From a virus (taxonomy: Duplodnaviria; Caudoviricetes), in IMG/VR virus record IMGVR_UViG_3300002092_000070, positions 1 to 45,774 of that record: a DNA stretch of 45,774 nucleotides; one strand, written 5' to 3'. The notes under the pieces were generated by a model. That model ran no database searches. It had not been told where the DNA came from and saw nothing but the letters and a program-made list of their open reading frames with translations. Numbering within the stretch: the first letter of the stretch is position 1; each line of letters begins with the position of its first letter. A program made the translations under genes and the position numbers. Below are positions 36,412 through 45,495 of the stretch, piece by piece.

Positions 36412-37580
36412 GCCTCGAAGATTCCTGGCAAGAGACCGAAGGCTCCGACGACCCCTTGTGGCGGGCCGACTGGCAGGGCGATACCGGCACCATCACCACC
36501 GGCGTTCTCCCGGACGGGTTCGACCCGCACAATTTCGACGAGGTGCTGTCCCGGCTCGGCTACGCGCCCGGCGAGATCGGCATGGAACTGGTCTCGGCCA
36601 GCCGCTGGGAGCAGCGCACCGCCGTCCGCGACGACGACGGGCGCAAGACCGGCGAGATGGTCTCGAACTACCTCAACGCCTACAAGTACAAGGCCGTCCG
36701 CAACGCCTTCACGGTCAATCTCCCGGCCCTCTACGCCCAAGTGAAGACCAGCAGGCCCAGCAAGCGGGAACCCAAGCCCACGGGCCGCTCAGCGGTCGTC
36801 TGCTGGGCCGACATCCAGGTCGGCAAAACTGACCACCTCGGTGGCCTGGAGGAGCTGCTGCAGCGTCTGGAAGACAAGCGGGGCGCGCTCAAAGACTGGC
36901 TCAAGGACGAGGGTGTCGACCACGTCGTCGTGGCCGATGTCGGCGACATCGTCGAGGGCTTCGAGAACGTCTCCAGCCAGGCCCGCACCAACTGCCTGTC
37001 GTTGATGGATCAGATCGACGTTGCCGCGACCGAGTTCTGGCGCACCATCAAGCTGTGCGAGAAGTTCGGGCCGGTCGATGTCCTGTCGATCCCGTCCAAC
37101 CACTGCCAGTGGCGCAAGGGCCGGGGCCTGGTCGGCAAGCCCGGCGACGACTGGGGGCTGCACATCTCCAAGCAGCTGGAGAAGCTCAATATCGAGGCCG
37201 GTCTCCGGGTCGACTTCCACCGGCCCGATTCCGACTGGAACGAGGGAATGACCTTCCCGGTCGGCGGCGGGGTGATCGGCCTAGCGCACGGCCACCAGGC
37301 CAGCGGCCCCAAGGGTGTCGTCCCCTGGTGGATCAAGCAGAAGCACTACGGCAGATTGTGTTGTGATGTGCTGGTGACCGGGCATTTCCACTTCCCGAGC
37401 TTTCAGCCTTCCGGGCGCGATCCGGTGACCGGCAAGTCCAGTTACCACATCCAGGCATCCACCCTCGACAACGGTTCGTCGTGGGTGGCCAACAAAATGG
37501 GCGAAGACGGTGACCCGGCGTTGACGGCGTTCATCATGGATCGGGATGGGTTCGACGTTCGTAGTTTCGCGCTACTGTGA
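36408..37580 (+). CDS. Calcineurin-like metallophosphoesterase/exonuclease
   Basis: ADIQVG, GDIVEG, SNH, HGH, GHFH motifs. Confidence 0.88.
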   Translation: MSLEDSWQETEGSDDPLWRADWQGDTGTITTGVLPDGFDPHNFDEVLSRLGYAPGEIGMELVSASRWEQRTAVRDDDGRKTGEMVSNYLNAYKYKAVRNAFTVNLPALYAQVKTSRPSKREPKPTGRSAVVCWADIQVGKTDHLGGLEELLQRLEDKRGALKDWLKDEGVDHVVVADVGDIVEGFENVSSQARTNCLSLMDQIDVAATEFWRTIKLCEKFGPVDVLSIPSNHCQWRKGRGLVGKPGDDWGLHISKQLEKLNIEAGLRVDFHRPDSDWNEGMTFPVGGGVIGLAHGHQASGPKGVVPWWIKQKHYGRLCCDVLVTGHFHFPSFQPSGRDPVTGKSSYHIQASTLDNGSSWVANKMGEDGDPALTAFIMDRDGFDVRSFALL

Positions 37581-37593
37581 AAGGGCTGGGCAC

Positions 37594-37899
37594 ATGCAGG
37601 TAAGAGTCATCAAGATTTTCGGTCGTGAAGTGATGAGGATCGAAAACCATTACGAGGCAACGGTTTCCGATGTAATCCGGGCGATGATCGAGGCCCGCGA
37701 AGCGACCGAAGAGATTCAGTACGTCTGCGAGTGTAGCTGCGACGAAGAAGAGGATGAAGAAGACGAGGAGAGCGACGAGGACGGTATCCGGGGCCGGTTC
37801 GCCGACATGACCGAGCGGATCGTCTGGGATGCCCGCACCGACGACTACCCGTTCCCCAAGTCGCTGTTCGATCCGAAAGACGAAGAGGAAGAGAACTAA
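37594..37899 (+). CDS. Acidic hypothetical protein (101 aa)
   Basis: AAGGG RBS before ATG 37594. Confidence 0.65.
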   Translation: MQVRVIKIFGREVMRIENHYEATVSDVIRAMIEAREATEEIQYVCECSCDEEEDEEDEESDEDGIRGRFADMTERIVWDARTDDYPFPKSLFDPKDEEEEN

Positions 37900-38387
37900 A
37901 CTTTCTCCACCAGATCAACGTCAGACAATGAGTGCAGGCGATGTTGCGGCAAAGCGTGAGTCGGCCCGTGACCGAGATCGGTCAGGGTGCTGTCGTCAAG
38001 AAGTTCTTCTGCTTTAGCGAAACCGACAAAATTTACAATGTTTTCTTGCACAATAGCCAGAACGTAAATGTCCGCCGGTTCATTTTTTTTCTTGGGGGTG
38101 GCCAATAACTGTCCAGAAGAGCGAGAAGTCGATTTGATGTCGACCCGGATGCCTTCAACAACAAAATCCACACTGCCGCTTCGGGGTTCGATACTCATGT
38201 CGGGATAGGCAGAAAATAGCTTGCCAAAAGCTATCTCCGAAACAAGACCGAGAATGTCCAATTCGATGGCCTGAAGTTTTTTGTCGCGACGCTGATCGGT
38301 CACTTTTGAAGATTGATTAACGCAGCGTCGCATGGTGGCGAGAAAATGAGCAACAGCCATTTCCCCTGAATTTAGCTCAACAATCAT
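37896..38387 (-). CDS. AT-rich PD-(D/E)xK nuclease-like protein
   Basis: SEIAF…GSVDFVVEGIRVDIKST…DIYVL motif; GGAGAGG RBS within the helicase end. Confidence 0.6.
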   Translation of the reverse strand: MIVELNSGEMAVAHFLATMRRCVNQSSKVTDQRRDKKLQAIELDILGLVSEIAFGKLFSAYPDMSIEPRSGSVDFVVEGIRVDIKSTSRSSGQLLATPKKKNEPADIYVLAIVQENIVNFVGFAKAEELLDDSTLTDLGHGPTHALPQHRLHSLSDVDLVEKV

Positions 38388-38389
38388 TT

Positions 38390-40252
38390 CTATTCCTCTC
38401 CGAACAACAGCCATTCCAGGTTGTGGTTCTCATCGCGGGTGTAGGAATCACCATAACTAAGTTCTTCTTGAGTCCCCTGCACTGCTGCGGCGAGTCGTCG
38501 ACGATTTTCGCAGGTCTCCCAGACCCGTTCCTCGACACTGTCCTCGGTGATGAGGACGTAGGCGGTCAGGCCGTCCAGGTGCGAGTCGGCCCGGTCGATG
38601 CGGGCGTTGCGCTGGGCCAGGTCGTCGTAGGAATAGGTGGGGTCGACGTTGATCACGTAGCGGGCCTCTTGAAGGTTCAGACCGTGCGTCCCGGCATCCG
38701 AGGAGCAGAACGCGGTGATATCCGGATCGGCCTTGAAGCGATCCTGAGCCTCCTGGGACTCTTTGGCCGACTGTCCGGTGCCGTAGTGCAGAACGTGCGG
38801 CACCGTCAGATGTGGGGCCAGCCGGAGCAGTCCCAGCTCCGTCCAGTGGCAGAACACGACCGCCTTGTCCTGACCCTCGCGGATGTCGTCGAGAAGTCCG
38901 TTGAGCACCTCGATCTTGGACGAGTGGGCGGCATCGAGGAGGTCGGGCCGTTCGGCCAGAATCTCGGCAGCCTCCGGCGAGCTGGAGTGCCGCAGTGACT
39001 CGGGGTTGATGCACGCCAGCCGGGCCATCAGATAGTGCGGTGCCAGCCCCTCGCCCCGGCTGTGGGCGGCGCGGGCCTTGGTGGTGATCAGGTCGAGCAG
39101 CTCGCGGGTCGCCGGGGTCGCCTGTACCGACACCGGGAGCGTCTCGATGCCCTTGAACTGCTCGCGGACACCGGGATCGGTCTTGCGGACGGCCATCGTC
39201 CGGTCGCCGACCCGGTGGCGCACCTCTTGGAGCTTGGTCAGGTTCCAGTCGTAGGTGGTGAACGAGAACGCCCGTCCGTTCTTGGATTTGATCGGGACGC
39301 TGTTGACCCGGTCGGCGTAGCGTTGGATGAAGTCGGTCTTGGTCGACAGCGGGTTGGCGGTCGGGCGACCGTCGAGCGAGAACACGTCCCTGAATCTCAG
39401 GGGGTTGCCGCCGACGACGGTCGCGCTCATCGGCCACACGGTGGCCGTGCAGGCATCGGTGAGCCGATCCAGGGCCTGGCGGGCCTTGTTCTGGCCGTTG
39501 TCGGTGATCAGCTTGTGGCCCTCGTCGAGCACCCACAGCACCCGCTTGCCGAAGGTCATGTTGGCGATCTGTTCCTCGTCGTGCCAGAGCTTTTCGTAGT
39601 TCATGACGAACACCTGGCGCGATTCGTCGTCGTAGCCCTTGAGCCTCTTGGCCTTGGTGCCGTCGTTGACGACCGCATCCAGACCGGCGGGGGTGACGAA
39701 GGTGCGCCGGAGGTTCTCTTTGAGCTTGCTCAGGGTGCAGGCGATGACCAGGTCGATGTCGCCCGAGTCGTAGAGGGCCTTGGCGGCGGCACCGGAGGTG
39801 AAGCTCTTTCCGGCACCGGCTGACCAGTTCCAGAAGTAGAACCGGTCGGAGGCGTTGGTGCCCTGCCGGGCGCGCTCCAGGGCGCGGTTGAGCGAGAAGT
39901 TCTGAAACGGGCGGAACTCGTAGCCGTCGATGGCCAGCGGCTCCGACCAGCGGTCGATATCGGATTGGATATGGGCGGTGCTAGGTGTCCAGAGGACGTA
40001 GTAGCCGTCGCGCTCCAGCTGGGTGGTGAACCGGCGGGCCAGGTGGAGTTCGTTGAGGATCAGGTGGCGGCTCATCCAGTCGGTGTACTCGCCGTAGAAC
40101 AGGCCGCGCGCGGTCGCGTCCAGCGGCTCGAACTGGAGGTAGCCCCGGTACTCGGGGTGCTCTTCGACCAGGATGATCCGGGCCGGGGGCACGGCTGAGT
40201 CCAGCAGATCGGAAACCCGCTTCTCCACGTCGTCCAGGGTGGGTAACGGCAT
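38390..40252 (-). CDS. SNF2-family (SF2) helicase/ATPase
   Basis: WSAGAGKS, LDEGH, MSAT, GTHGLNLQEA, QRNARIDR motifs. Confidence 0.92.
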   Translation of the reverse strand: MPLPTLDDVEKRVSDLLDSAVPPARIILVEEHPEYRGYLQFEPLDATARGLFYGEYTDWMSRHLILNELHLARRFTTQLERDGYYVLWTPSTAHIQSDIDRWSEPLAIDGYEFRPFQNFSLNRALERARQGTNASDRFYFWNWSAGAGKSFTSGAAAKALYDSGDIDLVIACTLSKLKENLRRTFVTPAGLDAVVNDGTKAKRLKGYDDESRQVFVMNYEKLWHDEEQIANMTFGKRVLWVLDEGHKLITDNGQNKARQALDRLTDACTATVWPMSATVVGGNPLRFRDVFSLDGRPTANPLSTKTDFIQRYADRVNSVPIKSKNGRAFSFTTYDWNLTKLQEVRHRVGDRTMAVRKTDPGVREQFKGIETLPVSVQATPATRELLDLITTKARAAHSRGEGLAPHYLMARLACINPESLRHSSSPEAAEILAERPDLLDAAHSSKIEVLNGLLDDIREGQDKAVVFCHWTELGLLRLAPHLTVPHVLHYGTGQSAKESQEAQDRFKADPDITAFCSSDAGTHGLNLQEARYVINVDPTYSYDDLAQRNARIDRADSHLDGLTAYVLITEDSVEERVWETCENRRRLAAAVQGTQEELSYGDSYTRDENHNLEWLLFGEE

Positions 40253-40277
40253 GATGTGTAGAGACTACAGGACGAGG

Positions 40278-41084
40278 TCAGAAACCCCAGTACGCGGCGG
40301 TGGTGTGATAAGTCTTGTCGCCAATGTCTTGCCATTCGCTATCGTCATCGACGCTGTAGGGAACCTTGATCTGCTGCACCTTGAGAGGGGCTTTTTCGCG
40401 AAGCATGATCTCGTGCTCGTGATCAAAATTTCCTGATCCGGCCCGGCTGTAATTTTCTCCGCGACCGTTCCAGTCCGAATCTAGAAGCAGCGGAAGATGT
40501 GGCCCTTTTCCTCGAAGATCGGAGCCTTCCCCTCGGCCCCAGCCATAATCGTCGCCAATGTCGTAGTCGGTACTGTGATGCTCGCCGACACCACCTTTAG
40601 CGTTAAAGCCGTCGATAATCGCGTCAGCCAGACCAGGGTGGTCAAAATTTCCACCACGGTCTTCGTAGCGCAGATCGGCATCGGGAAACATGCCGGGGTC
40701 GTCGACAGGCTGGCCCTGGCCGTAAGTCATCTGCCACACCCGCCGGAACGCTGGGTCGCTGGTGTTGATCGGATTCCCGCGCCACAACCGAGTCGAGGTG
40801 CCCTTGATTTTTTCCATGCCGGGCAGAGTCTTCTGAGGTAGATGCTCGGGGCCGGTCTCTAGCGTAGGGTCACCCTTGGTCGGGCGGGAAGCCCATTCCG
40901 CCTGTGAGTCGGGATCGCCCTTGATGTTCTTGACGTGCTGCTTGGTCAGCTCGGCGGGGCTGGTGGTCTCTTCTTTCCACCGGCGATCCATGATCGCCTT
41001 GGCCCGGTTCTGAGCCGCAGCGTCGGCGGTGCGCCACGGCGCGAGCATTTCTGCCTGCTCGCGGGCGGTGATAATACGACGCAT
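40278..41084 (-). CDS. Putative R-S-E ADP-ribosyltransferase with N-terminal leader MRRIITAREQAEMLAPWRTA (268 aa)
   Basis: AGGAGG RBS; RLWRG…GEHHSTDYDIG…DHEHEIML in the order of ART motifs. Confidence 0.6.
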   Translation of the reverse strand: MRRIITAREQAEMLAPWRTADAAAQNRAKAIMDRRWKEETTSPAELTKQHVKNIKGDPDSQAEWASRPTKGDPTLETGPEHLPQKTLPGMEKIKGTSTRLWRGNPINTSDPAFRRVWQMTYGQGQPVDDPGMFPDADLRYEDRGGNFDHPGLADAIIDGFNAKGGVGEHHSTDYDIGDDYGWGRGEGSDLRGKGPHLPLLLDSDWNGRGENYSRAGSGNFDHEHEIMLREKAPLKVQQIKVPYSVDDDSEWQDIGDKTYHTTAAYWGF

Positions 41085-41098
41085 AGTGACGGCCTCCT

Positions 41099-41133
41099 GC
41101 TGATTAAAGGCGGTCGAAGCCGGGACGGCAGGG
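41099..41133 (-). promoter_or_regulatory. Putative late-promoter motif CCCTG-N16-CGCC-TT-TAA
   Basis: Same spacing as the sheath-gene motif. Confidence 0.5.
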
Positions 41134-41175
41134 GTGTCGGGTGTTGCGCCCCTAATGACACCGGTGTAACTTATG

Positions 41176-41560
41176 ACGAAGGCCCCCATCATCGCCCTGG
41201 CAGGCTAGGGGGCCTTCGTAATCAACGAGCCGTCTCTCAAAATACCAGATATGGGACTTTTGAGACAAGCGGCTCCCGACAAGCGGGAGGGTAAACCGCC
41301 CCCGGCGTTATGCGGGTGAGTCCGCCGGGTCACCAAACCAACCACTTCCTGCTGTCGCCTGGCACCTAATACGTCCTCGCGGCTGTGCTCACTCCTAATC
41401 GCTCGGACAGGCGGGCTACCCGATCTGCGGTTGCAAACGTGGTGACGGTCGGATCGAAGCCCCTTGGCCAGAAAAGGTCAGGGGGCCAGAGGTGGTGGAG
41501 ACAAACCGTGGGCGGTTCAATGGGAGGTCGGGGCCTGGGAGGTCTCATAGCTTTGCTCAC
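41176..41560. ncRNA. Candidate structured non-coding RNA (~390 nt), strand uncertain
   Basis: At least five stem-loops in an interval without a convincing ORF; + strand TTGCGC-17-TAACTT promoter at 41144-41172. Confidence 0.5.
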
Positions 41561-41622
41561 CACTATGTTTACTACACCGTGTCACAAAAGACATAAGCAC
41601 ATAAGGGTGTAGACTCCTGCAT

Positions 41623-41994
41623 GTGAAGGTCAAGGACGAGGCGCAGTGGGCGCAACAGGCCAGCGAACTGCAGAACACCGACGACGACAGCAGGAAGTTT
41701 CACGATTTCCTGGTGTTATGGCTGGAAGAAGCCGATCAGGCCCTGGAAAAGGGCACTGACCTTACCCCCTACACCGAACTCAGCAAAGCCTTCGAGATTG
41801 CCGAGCAAACTTTGGGGTACCTGTCCATCGAGTGGATCGGCCAGATGATGATGGTCGTCATCGGCAACTGGATTCACGGCGACTCGGTGTGGGAATCGCT
41901 GACCGTGTGGGAGCGGCGGATGGTCGAGCAGTCCATCGCGATCAAGCTCGTCGAGCTGCAGGATCGGGCGGCTCAGGGCACCGAAACGCAGTAG
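41623..41994 (+). CDS. Hypothetical protein (123 aa), likely leaderless
   Basis: TAGACT -10 box 7 nt before GTG. Confidence 0.75.
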   Translation: MKVKDEAQWAQQASELQNTDDDSRKFHDFLVLWLEEADQALEKGTDLTPYTELSKAFEIAEQTLGYLSIEWIGQMMMVVIGNWIHGDSVWESLTVWERRMVEQSIAIKLVELQDRAAQGTETQ

Positions 41995-41995
41995 T

Positions 41996-42024
41996 TTGAC
42001 TTTGTCCCGTCTATAGCTTAATCT
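41996..42024 (+). promoter_or_regulatory. SigA-like promoter TTGACT-17-TAATCT
   Basis: Canonical spacing; followed by ACCACCCAC motif. Confidence 0.75.
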
Positions 42025-42063
42025 GGTATCACCACCCACTGAGACGAAAGATCAGGTGATCAC

Positions 42064-42783
42064 ATGACCAAGGCACTTTCCACCAACGACATCGTCGCCC
42101 TGCTCAAGAAGCACGACAAGAACGTCGTCAAGAGCATCCTCAAGCAGGCCGATGCCGCCGCCGCCCAGGAGAAGTCGGGCAACAATGTCGAGCTGCGTAA
42201 GGCCGCGATGCGCAAGGCCCTCAAGGACTCGAACAACATCGTCCTGACCAAGTACATCGAGGCCGCGAACGACCTCATCCCGCTCGGCCAAGAGCTGTCG
42301 ACCGAGGGCGACGAGATCATCGCCAACGGCCTCAACGAGGAGCAGGTCGTCGTCGCGATGAACCTGTTCCTGAAGGTCAAGCTGGCCACCGAGGGCGCGG
42401 ACGCGATGAAGGACATGGTGCGGTCGATGGTCTTCCGCTCGATGGACTTGGCTGCCGCCGAGCAGGGCGAAGAATTCCCCGAGCACACCAACATGGAGAT
42501 GGACGTGCCCGAGATCGGCAAGCGTTTCTGCCGCGAGGGCGCGGGCCGCAAGGAGGCCGAGTTCGACATGAAGAAGCTGCGCGCCCTGATCGGCGACGAG
42601 GTCTTCTTCGCGATCACGACCGAGAAGGTCGAGGTCACCCGTGTGGTCGACGACCAGGCCCTGTCGGTGGCCATCCTGGCCAACCCCGAACTGATGGAAA
42701 AGATGCGGGATGCCGTGAACCCCGGCGAGTGGAAGTCCGCCCGCCTGATGGTTCGCGACATGCCCGCCAACGAGAAGGAGTAA
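42064..42783 (+). CDS. Hypothetical helical protein (239 aa)
   Basis: Strong codon bias, AGGTG RBS. Confidence 0.8.
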   Translation: MTKALSTNDIVALLKKHDKNVVKSILKQADAAAAQEKSGNNVELRKAAMRKALKDSNNIVLTKYIEAANDLIPLGQELSTEGDEIIANGLNEEQVVVAMNLFLKVKLATEGADAMKDMVRSMVFRSMDLAAAEQGEEFPEHTNMEMDVPEIGKRFCREGAGRKEAEFDMKKLRALIGDEVFFAITTEKVEVTRVVDDQALSVAILANPELMEKMRDAVNPGEWKSARLMVRDMPANEKE

Positions 42784-42786
42784 ACA

Positions 42787-43419
42787 GTGAACAACGCCCC
42801 CGACACCATCGTCGAGGTCGTGGAACACGAGACTGATCGCCCCGCGTTTTCCGACCGGGGCGATCAGCCTGTCCACGAGACACCCGCCGACGACCAGAAC
42901 CACCCGGCCAAGCCGCCCCGCAAGACCCGCAAGCGCAAGCCTTCAGGGGCCGGGAAATCCGCCGATTCGATGACCGACGAGGAGCTGCTCCGCGAGGCCG
43001 GGATCGAACCGATCTTCTCGACCTCGGAGGCCGCAGAGTTCTTCGACAGGAGCAACCAGTGGCTGTACTGGGGCCTGCGCGAAGGTGTGTTCCTCGACGA
43101 GGACGGTGTCGCGATCACCCCCGACCGGGTCGGCGAATCCGACCACGGCAGGCGCAGGTTCACGGTCTCGATCCTGCGCGACATCATGAAATCTTCCTAC
43201 CGGCGGGGCAACCTGTCCGACGAGCAGCTGGCCGTGGTGATGCGCCGGATCAAGCTGGCCGAGGAGCGGATCGAGTGGCGCGAGCGCGAGGGCTGGCACT
43301 ACACCCACCTGGGCCGCAACCGGCACCGGTGGGTCAAGCCCGACCTGACCGCATGGAACAGCAAGGCCGGGGAGTGGAACCTCAAGCCCGGCGTGAAGCT
43401 GCGTAACCACGCCGACTGA
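42787..43419 (+). CDS. Helix-turn-helix (MerR/excisionase-like) DNA-binding protein
   Basis: FSTSEAAEFFDRSNQWLYW…GRRRFT. Confidence 0.75.
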   Translation: MNNAPDTIVEVVEHETDRPAFSDRGDQPVHETPADDQNHPAKPPRKTRKRKPSGAGKSADSMTDEELLREAGIEPIFSTSEAAEFFDRSNQWLYWGLREGVFLDEDGVAITPDRVGESDHGRRRFTVSILRDIMKSSYRRGNLSDEQLAVVMRRIKLAEERIEWREREGWHYTHLGRNRHRWVKPDLTAWNSKAGEWNLKPGVKLRNHAD

Positions 43420-43421
43420 TC

Positions 43422-44567
43422 ATGGCCAATCCCCAGGATTCCATCCGCCAGGTGATCGAGGAGGCGGTCGGCCCCCGCCGCGAGGCCCAGCTGTCGGTGC
43501 TCGCCGCCTCCTCGACCGACCCGCTGCCGATTGCCCGCGCCGATCTGCTGTATCTGTGGGACGAGTACCGCACCGAGATGCTCGACTTCGCGGGGATGAT
43601 GTCCCCGCTCGGCCACCGGCACCCGCCGATCCAGGCGGCGGTCGCCGAACACATGCGGTACTACGGTTTCACGGCCCCTCAGGGCCAGCATGTGCTCCGG
43701 TGGCCGGTGTCCTATGCCGAGGCACTCTCAGCCGCCTTCAGCGGCCCCCAGGACACGCATAAGGTGCTGTTCTGTGAAGGGGAGCGGGACGCGATACGGA
43801 TGTCGGCCCGGCTGGCCGGTGCCGGGAAGCCGATTGCCGTGGTCGACACCGGCTGGCACGACTGGCTGGCCACCGAACCCGGATACGAGATGCTCGACCC
43901 CGACGGCTGGAACGCCGTCTACTGGGGACAGTACGGTGGCCTCCTGCTGTCGGTGGTCGACAACCGGGCCAGGCCGACCCCCGCCGCCAGGGAGTGGATG
44001 CTCTCGGCCCGTACCGCGAAGGTGCCGGTGATTATCGACGAGTCGGTGACCGGTTTCGGGCGCACCGGTGCCCTGTGGGGCCAGGAGCAGGTCGGCCTGA
44101 TCGCCGATTTGACCGTGCTCGGCGGCCCGGTCGGCGGCGGTCTTCCGCTCGGTGCGGTCGTCGCCCCGGTCGACTTCTTCGACGTTCCTATCCCGGCCTC
44201 CTCCCACGCCGGTCACCCCTGGGCCTGTGCCGCCGGTCAGATGACCCTGGAGGCGATCCACCCCGGTGTCCTCGAACACGTCACCGAGTCGTCGCGTGTC
44301 CTCGACAAGGCCCTCACCGGTCTGGTCGGCCAGTTCCCGCACCGGCTCGACGGCCACCACGGCACCGGGCTGTTCAAGGGACTCCGTTTCACCGACCCCG
44401 ACCGCGCCCAGATGTTCCCGCTGGCGGCGCGAAGCCACGGCCTGCACCTGGCCCCGGCGGTCGCCGACACGGTGACGATGTCGCCGATCCTGGTATCGAG
44501 CACCCACGAGGTGACACGCGGGGTCGACCTGATGGCCGATGTCCTGATGTCCTGGGAGGATGGCTGA
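43422..44567 (+). CDS. Class III aminotransferase homologue lacking the PLP-binding Lys
   Basis: YLWDE…LDF…LGHRHP; IIDESVTGFGRTG; ADLTVLGGPVGGGLPLGA. Confidence 0.85.
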   Translation: MANPQDSIRQVIEEAVGPRREAQLSVLAASSTDPLPIARADLLYLWDEYRTEMLDFAGMMSPLGHRHPPIQAAVAEHMRYYGFTAPQGQHVLRWPVSYAEALSAAFSGPQDTHKVLFCEGERDAIRMSARLAGAGKPIAVVDTGWHDWLATEPGYEMLDPDGWNAVYWGQYGGLLLSVVDNRARPTPAAREWMLSARTAKVPVIIDESVTGFGRTGALWGQEQVGLIADLTVLGGPVGGGLPLGAVVAPVDFFDVPIPASSHAGHPWACAAGQMTLEAIHPGVLEHVTESSRVLDKALTGLVGQFPHRLDGHHGTGLFKGLRFTDPDRAQMFPLAARSHGLHLAPAVADTVTMSPILVSSTHEVTRGVDLMADVLMSWEDG

Positions 44568-45027
44568 ACCAGGTCAACCTAGCCGGGAGCGTCCAGAACT
44601 CATGACAGTGTTCGTAGTGCCAGAGTGGACAGAGGACGACGACGTGAGCCAACCCGGCAATATCGACATCGGCCTTCAGTCTGACCAGATCATGCAGCGG
44701 TACCTCGTCCGGCGCATCTACCGCGAGGTCGAGTTCCAGGTCAAGGAAAACGACGGCAGCGTCACGGTCGGCTACATCACCGGCTTCGACGCGAAATGTC
44801 TGCAGATGTCGACCACCCCCGCCCACGCCGCCGACGAGCCGCACAGCGTCCTGATCTTCTGGCCGGTCGCCAAGATCGAGGAGACCGGTCGCCGACTCGA
44901 AGACCTCGAACACGAGCACCGTTCCAAGATCAGAAGCTATTCGCACGCGCTCCGGTCGCAGTGCGAGTCGGTGCTCACCAACCGTGGCTCTCAACAGAAC
45001 AGAAGGCGAGAGACCACCTTTAACTGA
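44560..45027 (+). CDS. Hypothetical protein, possible Sm/LSm-like beta fold
   Basis: GGAGG RBS; 'VTVGYITGFDAKCLQM' segment. Confidence 0.65.
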   Translation: MAEPGQPSRERPELMTVFVVPEWTEDDDVSQPGNIDIGLQSDQIMQRYLVRRIYREVEFQVKENDGSVTVGYITGFDAKCLQMSTTPAHAADEPHSVLIFWPVAKIEETGRRLEDLEHEHRSKIRSYSHALRSQCESVLTNRGSQQNRRRETTFN

Positions 45028-45032
45028 CCGAA

Positions 45033-45054
45033 TGTCGTTGGTTTACGCTATAGT
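45033..45054 (+). promoter_or_regulatory. PafBC-like promoter TGTCGT-N10-TATAGT
   Basis: Spacing matches TGTCRG-N10-TANNNT with one mismatch. Confidence 0.55.
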
Positions 45055-45096
45055 AGTTCTGAACTACCACGACATGCCGAAAGAGGTTGAAGATAG

Positions 45097-45495
45097 GTGC
45101 CTTTCAGCGATACTGACCCCTTAGAGCAGGACATGAACGTGCGGTGCGAGGACATGAGTCCCGACCAGCTCGTGTGCTACATCAAGAGCTACCAGGAGGC
45201 CTTCGGGCTGAACCTGAAGGTCGAAGGGCAGAAGGAGCGGGCCGTGTTCCGCGCCCTCCAACGGCTCTACGGCAAGGCCGATGCCGGTCGTATCGTCAAA
45301 TGGGCGTTCTACCACCACAAGGGCCGGTTCCGCGATGAGCCGGTCGGGTTCTTCATCTTCTCCAAGGGCAACAAGTGGTGGACGGACAAGCTCTACATGG
45401 AGATTCAGGAAGAGATGCGCAAGTCCTCGGCGGCACCTAAATCCTATGCCGCCGCCGCCGCTCAGGCGGGCCTGCGCAGTCTGTCCGACCTGTGA
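45097..45495 (+). CDS. Hypothetical protein (132 aa)
   Basis: ORF with codon bias downstream of promoter. Confidence 0.75.
   Translation: MPFSDTDPLEQDMNVRCEDMSPDQLVCYIKSYQEAFGLNLKVEGQKERAVFRALQRLYGKADAGRIVKWAFYHHKGRFRDEPVGFFIFSKGNKWWTDKLYMEIQEEMRKSSAAPKSYAAAAAQAGLRSLSDL

Noticed and set aside
40278-41192. Longer 304-aa start for the ART-like gene
   Set aside because: The ATG at 41084 has an AGGAGG RBS and the conserved leader; the extension runs through the promoter motif and a hairpin
41492-41499. CTCCACCA on the minus strand resembling a tRNA/tmRNA 3' end
   Set aside because: No T-arm (TTCRA) or matching acceptor stem upstream; no tRNA or tmRNA could be folded
41366-41563. 65-aa minus-strand ORF (and 75-aa + ORF 41385-41612) in the structured region
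   Set aside because: No RBS, atypical codon use and low-complexity sequence; the RNA-structure explanation fits better, though translation is not excluded
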